Source: Fistulifera solaris
Taxonomy: Eukaryota
DNA: 64,000 bases
Assembly: GCA_030295235.1 (NCBI GenBank)
Contig: AP026144.1
Span: forward strand, 434,001-498,000
Direction: 5' to 3'
This document shows positions 46,739 through 57,471 of this stretch, in pieces. Under the pieces are notes generated by a model. It was given only the letters and a program-made list of their open reading frames with translations. It did no database searches and had not been told where the DNA came from. Positions within the stretch are counted from its first letter, which is position 1; the number at the start of each line of letters is the position of its first letter. Made by a program: the position numbers and the translations under genes.

Positions 46739-49700
46739 ATGCGCTGGACGGCAGTCGTATTACTCGTCACAACAGCATTCGCGGACGAACGCACATTACT
46801 CCGCGAATTGTTCGACAACACCGGCGGTCCCTCGTGGTCCGACAATTACGGCTGGTCCGAGAATCTCAACAATCTGTGCGAATGGACGGGCGTTACGTGT
46901 GCGAGTGAAATGTCTCCCGAATCCGTCGTGGGCATTCCGGCCGACAGCGTGGTGGGCATCGAGTTGCCCCGCAACTTTTTGTCGGGACGCATTCCCAGCA
47001 CCTTCTGGACGTTGCCCTATCTTATCTTTGTCGATGTTTCCTTCAATGCGGGTCTAGAAGTCAATTTAGAAGGTGTCGCGAATGCTAAATTGGAGTGGTT
47101 GAGCTTCGATGAAACAGCGACGCGCAGTGTGGAAGGAATTTCCGGACTCGCGAGTACATTGACGAGTCTGCACATGTCCGGTATTCCCCTCGAAGGGGAA
47201 TTTCCTACCGAAGTCTTGCAATTGACGGCCCTGGAGTATCTCTTCATGTCTTCTGCGGGAATTAGTGGGACTATTCCCGCTGAAATTGCACAATTGTCGC
47301 AGTTGGTGGAATTGGATTTGTCGGAAAACGCCTTGACCGGAGCCATCCCCAACGCGGTGACACTCCTCTTCAATCTCGAACTCTTGTCGCTTCGCAGCAA
47401 TCGTTTGAGTGAAAATTTGAGTTATTTGAATTTTGATGATCTGGCACAACTGAAATTCCTTTACCTCAATGGAAATCAGTTGACGGGTTCGATTCCGTCC
47501 TTCAGCTCGCAACAAAATATCGAAGAGATTCGTTTGAATAAGAATGCATTTTCGGGGGCCATTCCGGAAAGCTTTATGGTTTCGGCGGTCAGCAACGAAA
47601 ATATGACGATCGTGGTGGATTTGTCGGACAACATGCTGGATACTATTCCGGAATCACTCGATAATTTGGAGCATCTCGTTCTCGACCTTCGTCTGGCCGA
47701 CAATCACTTCACGGTTCTACCCACCAATCTTTGTGACAATGTGAACTGGCCGGGTGTCGCTGAATTTCATTGCAGCGGCATTGTTTGCCCGGCTCAAACG
47801 TATGCGCCGCAGGGACGTGCGACGGCCGCCAATGAGTGTACGCCGTGCCAGACCGGCAATTATCTCGGTGCTGTCGTTTGTCTGGTACAAGATGAATACA
47901 GTGTTTTGGAGCAGCTTTTCTTAAATACGGACGGTGAAGCGTCATGGAAAGTCAAGTGGACTCTGACGGACAGGAATTATTGTGCTTGGAAGGGTGTACA
48001 CTGTGACGCTCAAGGTCACGTCACCCGCATTTCTGTTCCCAACAATGGTCTCAAGGGAGCCGTCCCCGAAACGATCTTCAATTTGCCAAACCTCATTGAC
48101 CTGGATTTGAGTCGCAATGATATCACGGTTCCCTTTGACCGCATCGCTGATGCAAAAAGTCTGGCCTCTCTTAACATTGCATTCACGCTCACTGGCGACT
48201 TTGCGCCTCTTACCAGCCCTCAACAAGGAAGGGCCGCTGCAACGTTTCTATGCGGACGGAATTCCGATCAGTGGCACGCTACCCAGCGAAATCTGCGCCA
48301 TTCGCACACTGAAGACGCTTTCGCTTTCGGACTGCAAGTTGATCGGTGAAATTCCTACTGAGATTGGTAATCTAGGTCGACTCGAGGAATTGTATTTACA
48401 AGGAAATGAACTGAGAGGGACTATGCCGTCGCAGATCGGTCAGCTTCAAAATTTGAAGGCTTTTTCAGCGGCCAAGAATCAAATGACTGGCACTCTCCCA
48501 TCGCAGCTGTTACGCATGCCTAATCTGGAAGCATTATCGCTTGCCAGCCAGAAAGGCAAAGGATTTTCGGGTCCCATCCCGTCATTTGAGGCCAGCTCCA
48601 AGTTGACTTCTGTTTTCCTTAACGACAATGCATTCACCGGACAAGTTCCCGAAACGCTCTTGCGAATGGCCGATTTGGATGCTAGCCTTACCGTACAGTT
48701 GTCCAACAACAACATCAATGGAACAGTACCCGGTGCTCTGGCCAAATTCTCAGCCCTCAATTTGTACGTCGAAGGAAACTCGATCACTTATATTGATTCT
48801 CGTCTTTGCGGTCTTGATAACTGGATGAGCGGTTCCGTAGGAAAATACGGATGTGCCGCTATCCTTTGCCCTGCCGCAACTCAGGGTGGGCGCCAGATTT
48901 ATGAAGACGAGCCTTGTGAACCTTGCACTGCTGAAGCTGGATCGTTGCTCGGACAGAAATCCTGTGGAGACGGATCAGAGAGTCCAGCCTTTTCCGGTTC
49001 AGAGCAAGAGATTTTGGAACTCCTGTACAAACAGACTGGTGGTGTAGGATGGCATAACCAGGATCTTTGGCTTAGTGAAGAATCCGTTTGTCAGTGGCAC
49101 GGTGTGGGGTGCAATGCGAATGGGCAGGTCACATCACTTACGCTTGGTGCGAACCAACTGATTGGAAATTTCCCCACCGAAATTTATCAGCTACCCGCTC
49201 TGCAACGGCTGGTTATTTTTTCCAACAAAATCAACTTTAGCTTTGAGGGGATCAAGAATGCTGCGAACTTGAAAGTTCTAGTCCTCGATTCTACAGGACT
49301 TACTTCGCTTCGCGGTGTTGGTAACGCTCCAGCGCTTGAGGTACGCGCTGTCTGCCTTTCTAGGTTGACGCTGTTCAAATATTCGCTCACTTTTGTTTTT
49401 CAGGGTCTCAATGTACGTTTCAACAAATTGACGGGAGAAATTCCCCAAGATCTTTCTCGACTCGAATCTCTTAAGTCATTAGACATCTCCGATAATCAAT
49501 TATCGGAAGGCATTCCTGCTTGGATGGGCTCCATGAAGGCACTGGCATCGTTTAAGGCTTCTAACAACAAATTCTCAGGAGAGTTGTACGATTTTGCTGA
49601 CATGCCTCGTTTGACCTACGTCGACTTATCGAACAACGGCTTAACCGGTACCATCCCCTCAACCATACTTATGAATGCTGACCCAAGCAAGAAGATCTTT

Positions 49701-50057
49701 TTGTCATTGTCAAATAACCGCCTTTCGGGTGAAATCCCGAGTAATTTGGCTGCCCTTCCCAGGTTAGATTTGAACGTAGCCAACAACGAAATTACCAGTA
49801 TTGGAGATGGATTATGCACCATGTCATCCTGGAACGAGATGCAAGTGTCCTATTATGGATGCGATGGCATTGCTTGCCCTATTGGAACATCGAGTGCCGC
49901 AGGCCGTCAAACAGCCGAGGACCGACCATGTTCGCCATGCTCTAAAGCCCAGTTTATGGGCAGCACGGTCTGTGCCACCAGCGACGCATTTAGCTCAAGG
50001 TCCGTAGTAGGGCTGCTCTTTGCAACATTTGTTGGATTGATAGCTCTCATCGCGTAG
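46739..50057 (+). CDS. Leucine-rich-repeat receptor-like surface protein, probably GPI-anchored
   Basis: Signal peptide, plant-type LxxLxLxxNxLxGxIP repeats in three modules, hydrophobic C-terminus with no cytoplasmic tail. In-frame intron 49341-49403; frameshift ~48205. Confidence 0.9.
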
Positions 50058-50412
50058 AGTTAAGTAACACATATATATACGGAGTATTTAAGAAATTAAT
50101 TACATCTAAATGATTCTCCTTTTGGCCCTCCTATACTTCTGACTTGCTAGCTACTTTTTTAATAACTAGACGAGAAAAAAAGGGACTTGACCCGTACATT
50201 ACATTCTCGCCAGGTTAAAAATAATAAGAGTTGAAACGTTTCTTGGTTATTCAGTCTGGTAAATGCGTGACTGATTTCGCAAGAATTTTTTCTCGCGCGT
50301 TGCGCATTTTTTGAAACATGTCGACACAAGCAAATGCTTCTCATTCCGTCTTCGCTTATTGCCTTTTTGTTATTCCTCGGCTGTCTCCCTTTCCTCAATA
50401 AATGGTATTCAC

Positions 50413-51579
50413 ATGATGAGTAATAGTGATACTATCTCGAGGCAAATCCCACCGCTGATGCGCACCATCGTGTACGGCAAAACCGTCGGAAGTTACGCGT
50501 TGCGTCACGAAGTAACCGTCCCCAAACCCAAGAATAATCAGATTCTCGTTCGCGTTCATGCGGCCGGATTAAATCCAGTCGATGCAAAGTGCGTGATCGG
50601 TGATAAGCTCCCTCGATGGGACGGACTTCGCAACTTGGTTCATGAACACGCCGTGAAGGGTCATATTCCTGGCTTTGATTTTGCCGGTACCGTCGTCGAT
50701 GCTTCGCAATCGAGCTTTGCGTTAGGAGCCGCTGTTTTTGGGACCATGCCGCCGCTCCAAGGGACACTGGCAGAATACATTGCTGTGCCTCTGGATCAAG
50801 TGTGGGAAATGCCCGTCTCTAGTGCAACTAGTCCGACATCTATTGACTTTGTGAATGCGGCAGCTCTCCCTCTGGTGGGTCTGACTGGTCTGCAATGCTT
50901 GCAACCGCATTTGGAGAATAGACCTTCCGTTCTTGTACTTGGTGCCAGTGGTGGAACAGGTCACGTGATGCTGCAAATTGCTCATTGTTTGGGAGCTCGG
51001 CACGTCACTGCCGTCTGCTCGGCCAAGAACTTTGATTTCTGCAAACAGAACGGAGCCACCGACGTGGTCGATTATCATGAGCCTGGTTTAGTTGAAAAGC
51101 TTCGAGAGGCATCCGGTTGTCCTTATGATTTCGTCATGGATTGTGTCACTTCGGAAGACCCTCGCGATAAGGACAAGGTTCATTACCCAACTTTACTACA
51201 AGAACAAAAGGATTCTTTGCTTTCGCCAAACTATGTATATAGACGACTGGGTGGTGCTACTAGTGATTGGATACGAGCTAGTATGCAGAGAGTTGTCTCC
51301 GGAGGTGCAGGAAGCCCCAAAGGGTCTTTCTTTTGGTGGAAACTGGGTGCTGCAGGTTCCAACGAACAACTCTTCTGGGTGCGATTTCATCAGACTTGTC
51401 ACGAATTAGAACAACTCGCGCAATGGGTAAAACAAGGAAAGCTTAAACCATCCGTACAGGAAGTCTACCCGTTTTCGGAAAAAGGTGTCCAGTCTGCCAT
51501 GGACACTATACTTTCGCGAAGAGTTCGGGGCAAGGTTGTTGTACAAATCTATCCCCAACTTTCGGAGCAAGAAGTTTAG
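50413..51579 (+). CDS. Zinc-independent MDR family NADPH:quinone oxidoreductase (RTN4IP1/AOR-like)
   Basis: VRVHAAGLNPVD, PGFDFAGTV, AAALPLVGLT, VLVLGASGGTG and RVRGKVVV motifs. Confidence 0.9.
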   Translation: MMSNSDTISRQIPPLMRTIVYGKTVGSYALRHEVTVPKPKNNQILVRVHAAGLNPVDAKCVIGDKLPRWDGLRNLVHEHAVKGHIPGFDFAGTVVDASQSSFALGAAVFGTMPPLQGTLAEYIAVPLDQVWEMPVSSATSPTSIDFVNAAALPLVGLTGLQCLQPHLENRPSVLVLGASGGTGHVMLQIAHCLGARHVTAVCSAKNFDFCKQNGATDVVDYHEPGLVEKLREASGCPYDFVMDCVTSEDPRDKDKVHYPTLLQEQKDSLLSPNYVYRRLGGATSDWIRASMQRVVSGGAGSPKGSFFWWKLGAAGSNEQLFWVRFHQTCHELEQLAQWVKQGKLKPSVQEVYPFSEKGVQSAMDTILSRRVRGKVVVQIYPQLSEQEV

Positions 51580-52299
51580 ACGCAAAAGGATCAAAGTGTG
51601 CGAGGCTAGCTAGTTGACTTCTTTTGCTTGCATAACATTCCGCGACCAAAACGTCACGTCTGTTCCCTGTCAAGGAAGCTGCCGACATGTATAGTTTGAA
51701 CGCAAAGGGCATAAAGGGTTTATTTGCAACGCAATGAAGTGACAGCAAGCTTTCCATCCCAAATGTGACCATACGTAGGAACCTTCGTACTCTAAAACAC
51801 GTCATAGCATTCCGTTGATAATTTGCATAGCAGCCATTCCTAATTTTCATTAATACGCGAGCAACTCGTCTAGTTCCCTTTTAAACAGTCAAAGGGTCCA
51901 CGCCTCGTTTGCATTTGCAACGGACGCCTTGATGTCGAAAATCCTTGGGGATGGGTGTCTTCTATGTTTACTATCGATCGTGAATCATCGCAATCATCGC
52001 AAAACGTTCACGACTCACGACCGAAAGTAGTCACGGAAAGATTCTTTACACATAGAAACTATAGTAGTATTTGACATCCAAGGGATCCGCTTCGAGAACG
52101 AGATTGCGTGGAGGATGACGATGATTGATGATGATGCTGATGTGTCAAGAAGACAATGGCAGTCATTCGTCGTATTTTCGACACACCTGCTGCCTACTGA
52201 TACAAACAAATAGAAAGCTTTGTGCCGTGCGAGATAACATCGATTCGTTTTTGTTCAAGCGGGTTGTTGTGCTTAAAGCAAAAGTGAAGACATTTGGCA

Positions 52300-53001
52300 A
52301 TGCCCCCGATGACAAGGAAACAAGGCATGACAATCAGCCCCCTTTTATTATTCCTACTTGGTGTCGGGCTCTTGAACCAATGTGAAGGATGGGTCCCCTC
52401 AACAAAAATCAGAAATAGAGTACAGAGCTCCACGGAACTGTATGGGCACGATCCGAAACGCCGTGCACTAATTCCTATGTTACTATCTTTTCCTGCTACA
52501 ACTTGGGCCAAAGATTTGGGCGAGGAATATCGGCAAGGGACGGCGGCATTGGCAAATATGGACGATGCCGCCCCTGTGCCCCAAGACGCTTATAAAAAGT
52601 TGCCGTCAGGTGTTGTTTACGCGGATCTTCGACCAGGATCGGGAACAGAGATGGCTGAGCAAGGTTCTCGTGTGAATCTTCAATGGGTGCTGCGCCGATC
52701 GAATGGATACTTTGTCGACAGTTCTGAGCGTAATGATGGAGTTCCCTTCATTTTTGAGGTGGGAGATGGTAAGGCGATTCAAGGGATCGACGAAGGTGTG
52801 CAAGGAATGAAAGTTGGTGGAGTCCGTCGTATTTTGATACCTCCAGCGTTAGCCTACGTGGAGGGACTTGAGGATGGCAAACCAGGGCCCCTTCCGGCAG
52901 GCTTCGGTCCACGGCAACAAATGAGACGTGTGATGAATGTACGAAAGGATGTCCCGGGCGAGTATGTGTTCCTTGAAGTGCAACTGACACGCTTGCGTTA
53001 A
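52300..53001 (+). CDS. Thylakoid-lumen FKBP-type peptidyl-prolyl isomerase (FKBP16-1-like)
   Basis: Signal peptide ending CEG-W, twin-arginine KRRALI...TWA lumen signal, RRSNGYFVDSS, GMKVGGVRRILIPPALAY and FGPR motifs. Confidence 0.88.
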   Translation: MPPMTRKQGMTISPLLLFLLGVGLLNQCEGWVPSTKIRNRVQSSTELYGHDPKRRALIPMLLSFPATTWAKDLGEEYRQGTAALANMDDAAPVPQDAYKKLPSGVVYADLRPGSGTEMAEQGSRVNLQWVLRRSNGYFVDSSERNDGVPFIFEVGDGKAIQGIDEGVQGMKVGGVRRILIPPALAYVEGLEDGKPGPLPAGFGPRQQMRRVMNVRKDVPGEYVFLEVQLTRLR

Positions 53002-53197
53002 CATAAAAAAGAAGAGAAAGAAGGCAATCGAGTATATTTAGTTTACGCTATAACGTAAACGCTATAACGTAATGAAAAACGAGTTATCCCACGTAACCCA
53101 GCAAAGGTAATTGACGGGAAGTGTTTTTGTAGAGAAGGTTTCTTTCAATTTCACTCGTTGCTCGTCTGATAATTTGAAGAGACTCACCAAAATGCTC

Positions 53198-53662
53198 TTA
53201 CATAGTAGCATCACTGTCACGACGGTGTCGAAGGTCGCGGGTCATCTCAACGCTACGCATTAAAGAACAGAGCTCGCAGTTATGCTCATCGTGCTCTTCA
53301 CGAGGAAGCGATGACGATACGGGTTGTGCGACACGATGTAAACCAACACGGAACGAGAATCCGGTCGCTGTGCGCCCTAACGTTAATATGTGTCGCATCT
53401 CTTGAGTTTCCATCATATTCACAGCAATGAAGTAGGCTTGATGTTGGTTGAACTGATTCTTCGTCTCGACAACCTTGGACTGGGCCGTTCCTTCGGAATT
53501 CCAAGAAATACGCTCGAAACGGGTCTTGCAGAGGGGGCACCGATTTTCGCGAGACGACCACTGCTCAATGCAATCCAAGCAGAACGTGTGACGACAATCA
53601 CTGATACTAGCCCGGGTAGTAGGGGTCGACCAGCAGATGGTGCACAAATCTTCGGCTTCCAT
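53198..53662 (-). CDS. C3HC4 RING-finger protein
   Basis: CTIC...CRHTFCLDC..W...CPLCK pattern. Confidence 0.85.
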   Translation of the reverse strand: MEAEDLCTICWSTPTTRASISDCRHTFCLDCIEQWSSRENRCPLCKTRFERISWNSEGTAQSKVVETKNQFNQHQAYFIAVNMMETQEMRHILTLGRTATGFSFRVGLHRVAQPVSSSLPREEHDEHNCELCSLMRSVEMTRDLRHRRDSDATM

Positions 53663-54188
53663 GTTGGAAGCAAGTTGCAAGCGAGAAAACAAGGGACAGT
53701 CACACGGTGCCGACTGTGTACGTGCGAATCGATCCTTTTCTTGAGCAAATCAGAACAATCCACTGATATTTTATCAACGATGGACGATGACACGTCTCTC
53801 AAAAGTTAGGAAACGATCTCTGAAATGATGATGGAGAGAACAATTTTTGCTTCAGGAAAGAAAAAAGGTGGAATGATGATCCAAACGGCGGGACGTGACA
53901 TGTCGGAATGTAATTGAGCGAAACGGGTGCGACACGACTTCCATATAGTACTATTTCTCTACTATCAAATGACAGATCTACAAACTATGCTCTATGAAAT
54001 CATAAAGTAGACGTGTTTCCGTTTGAAATTTGAGATCACGATCCGCGACCCGAATGCGTGGTTGCGTCGCAGTTTGGTTAACGTGCCGCCACGATGGTCG
54101 GAGCAAAATCTTATTTCGAGCTGCCGATCCGCTATCTACGTGTGCATTGTTTGACTTATCCATTTGTCATTTCTTTTAACTAAGAACA

Positions 54189-55272
54189 ATGGGTGCTGTT
54201 GACGACGCTGTAAAAGGCTCGTCGTTACCGTACGTCGATAGTGACGGCATTACGACGTTTGAAAAAGGGATGGATATTGTGCTCGGGGTGAGTTTTTGCA
54301 ATTGTCTTTTTCTTTCAATTGCTTTGTGAAAGCATTACATCTCATCTTTTGCGCCATATATAAGGTCTGCTTCTTTGCGACAGCTCTCGTGTCTTATATT
54401 CGTCGAAAAGCCAGCTATCAGCAATCAAATTCTCCCTCCGCCGGCGCCGAAACCATGGTAATAACCGCCTTTTACTCTCTGATTTTCTTGGCCAGTTCCT
54501 TACGTGCTATCTGGTTTTTGGTCCCCGAAAGTGTATGGCAGCCTTCGTACACACCATCCGCGGTTTACGCCTGGGATAATGACCATCCTTCTTGGTTGGG
54601 ATCGGCTCTTTCCGAAATTATTATTACCGCCGGAAGCCTGGCTTTGTTTAGTATTTTCATCCTCATTCTCGTTTATTGGGCGGATATTCTCAAAAGTACT
54701 TTCAACCAGGGTCGCAACGAACGTCTCCGAAAACGATCTTTGTTTCACTGGTCACTACGCTGGCGGCATTCATGATTCTGAATGTGTTGGCCTTTTTGGC
54801 CAAGTTTTACACAACGGAGGGGATGATTTTGTTTCACGCCGTACTGCTGGCAGTCGTCAGTCTCGTTTGTGTGTGCGAGATCACCATCTTTAGTCAGAAA
54901 TTTCAAACCGTGATCAAGACACTGGGTTCGATTAATCAGGTGTCAACCGATGTTCAAGTTCGTCGTATCTTATGGATCACTATCACCGGCAACTTGTTTT
55001 TCATTACGCGAGCTCTATTAGAGATTGTTTTCGCTGCCAATTTGCTTTTGTTTTGGAAAGAAAATGGAACAGTGGGAAAGGCATTCTCTCATGAATGGTG
55101 GGATATTTACACGGCACTTAAATACTCTTCGGAAGTCACCATCCTGGCGCTGATGTTGTACATTTTGCAGTCGAGATTTCACGCCGCAGCATCGGCTGTA
55201 TCAAATGCAACGAAGGGAGGCGCTTACGAACGTGTACCCGAAGCCGGAGACACAACGAGATTGGAGGTGTAG
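54189..55272 (+). CDS. Multi-pass membrane protein, TOM1/THH1 (DUF1084)-like
   Basis: Intron 54288-54364; about 7 TM helices; FSIFILILVYWAD motif; frameshift at A4 54692-54695. Confidence 0.75.
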
Positions 55273-55418
55273 CTTGGTGAATGACGGGTGGCCTCATCGT
55301 CGTGGTTCGAACACGGTTCTTTCCAGTGTGTGGTTGTGATTAAGATTAAGCAATGAAATAATAGTCGTAGAAAGTGGAACGAAATCTTTGGTGTTGTAAA
55401 AGACTAGCTAGTCGTTAT

Positions 55419-56558
55419 TCATGACTTTTTCGATCGCCGTGATAGAAACAAAATGATCAGAAAGAAGACCGCGCCCAGAATCCCCAAGGATAGAAAGAAT
55501 GTAGCCGAAATCTCACTTGCGGCGACTTCCAGCACACACGTAAATCCGATATCATCATAAGTTTCTACGAACGGGAAACTATCCACAAACACTGTATGCG
55601 TCTCATTGGTGATAAGTAAAGCCAATGTTCGATTTTCACTGGCGCAGGGCGGAATCACTTCATTGCACACAATATCGGAAACCACCTCGGGAAATCCTTT
55701 CTCAAAATGATACTGAATACGTCGACACGGAGTGGATTGGGACACAAAGTCTTGTGGTGATTTCCAATCGACTTGACTGCCATCGTACCAGGCGCCATGC
55801 ACATTGGTGGAGGCGATACAAGGACCAACGGTAAAGGATGTGGCTCTCGCCTGTTGCGGCCGCTGCATACCCCAATCACAACAAGTTTTGGGACACGAAT
55901 AGTCGATCGATGTATACGGAAGCTCGGACCACTCATCCAGCGGCAAATGGCTCGTTCGTTCTTCGAGCAAAGCGGTAGTATTGCAATCGTTATCACAAAT
56001 GATTTGTACATTTGGTTCCAAGAGGAGTCGCTGTTCCGTCCAACAAGCTTGACTGCAATTGTGACAGCGGTGATTGAAACTACACCAGCTCCCATCGTAG
56101 ACACAATCGGCGTGTTGTTGGCATTCATAATCGTACGGACATACATCTCGACAGGTCTCCTCATTCTGTTTCGACAACAGCACATGTTCCGCACAACCCA
56201 TTTGCGATGCACAACTCATACACAATCCCTGGTCGGCAGGTATACCGGATCGTTGTCGCTGACAGTACGATCCTTCGGCGCATTCTTGAGATGATGTACA
56301 AAAACAGTAATCGGGACAAGCACCGTCCAACGGACGTCGATGGGGACAATTTTCGCACGATGTGCATACATTTTGGTTCGTGTCGTGCAGTGCGCAATAG
56401 GCATTCGTGCCGCATTGTTCGTGGGAGGTACATGAACATTGAGCAGGACAACCAGTCTTCAAGACGGAACAAAAGGCACAATGCAGGCATCGCGGTGATG
56501 AAGGATCATCTAGCGAACAGAAATGATCGGGCTCGCACGCGTCTAGTCCGCACGACAT
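55419..56558 (-). CDS. Cysteine-rich repeat protein with C-terminal TM helix
   Basis: Repeated C-x-S-x-x-x-C-x-x-x-x-(Y/W)-C modules; TM segment FFLSLGILGAVFFLIILFL followed by a short basic tail. Confidence 0.75.
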   Translation of the reverse strand: MSCGLDACEPDHFCSLDDPSSPRCLHCAFCSVLKTGCPAQCSCTSHEQCGTNAYCALHDTNQNVCTSCENCPHRRPLDGACPDYCFCTSSQECAEGSYCQRQRSGIPADQGLCMSCASQMGCAEHVLLSKQNEETCRDVCPYDYECQQHADCVYDGSWCSFNHRCHNCSQACWTEQRLLLEPNVQIICDNDCNTTALLEERTSHLPLDEWSELPYTSIDYSCPKTCCDWGMQRPQQARATSFTVGPCIASTNVHGAWYDGSQVDWKSPQDFVSQSTPCRRIQYHFEKGFPEVVSDIVCNEVIPPCASENRTLALLITNETHTVFVDSFPFVETYDDIGFTCVLEVAASEISATFFLSLGILGAVFFLIILFLSRRSKKS

Positions 56559-56898
56559 TTGATGAATAGGAGAATAGGAAGGCGCTTGTTACTTATGATG
56601 ATGATGATGATTCTTCGACTTCAAAATAATAAGCTCGTTCCTTCTTTGACGAAAACAATCTGGCTTTCGCTTGGCTAGGCTACCAGGTATCAACGAAGAA
56701 GTACCGGGTCCCTTTTTGCCTTTCGGTTTTTACCTAACAAACGGTATTCTATGTGACATCCTCACTCAACGGGCAACGACAGTCGAGGTGACCTTAAACG
56801 CCAACCAAACTATTTTGTTACGGTTGTTACCCGGTACGGTATTCTTCTTCCTGACTATTCATTTTGTAGATACTTTGTAGCATGTCAACACAGCTACC

Positions 56899-57311
56899 AT
56901 GTCAGCTCTAGACAAACCAGATATACAAAAAGGAAGAAATGTTTCGGGAAGATCCTGGAAAATTGTCCCGCAGAAGCGAGCGAGTCACATCATTGTCAAA
57001 CCGCGGAGTACCAGTTGGGAAGAGAAACATCTGCAGAAGCAACGATTAAAAGAAATCAAAGAATTGCAACAAGAAATGACCGAACAACGAAAACAAGAAA
57101 TTTTGCTCAAAAAGAACGTCGTCTCGAAAACGAAAAGCGTCGGGCGGAGAATGAATTCAAGGCCATGCAGCGATCGGCACAAGTCTTGAACGTTCACAAG
57201 ATAGGATCCACGCTCAAGGCCATGTCCAAGAAACAGTTGCGACAAATCAAAAAGACACGAATCAACAATAAGACGGGAGTTGTAGAATACGTTTCGGCGT
57301 ATGCGAAATAA
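56899..57311 (+). CDS. Cgr1/CCDC86-like nucleolar coiled-coil protein
   Basis: KGRNVSGRSWK, SWEEK, RRLENEKRRAENE and MSKKQLR motifs; frameshift at A5 57109-57113. Confidence 0.8.
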
Positions 57312-57471
57312 GAAGTGTGTTGTGGAATGAAGTAAAGAGGGAAACAGGTTCAGTTTGGATTAACGCGAAATATTTGAACTAAGGAATGTTAATCAAGGAA
57401 AAAAAAGAAATCAAGTACTTTTTGTTTTGGTCGCCATCGTGTCTAATTTTTCCAAATGAATTACGGCTTTT

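Noticed and set aside
51506..52209. Minus-strand ORFs between the oxidoreductase and FKBP genes
   Set aside because: No motif or coding-like composition; they overlap neighbouring UTRs.
6388..57113. Programmed ribosomal frameshifting (Euplotes-like) as the cause of split ORFs
   Set aside because: Both +1 and -1 shifts occur, in A, T, C and G runs, with no common shift motif; sequencing error is far simpler.
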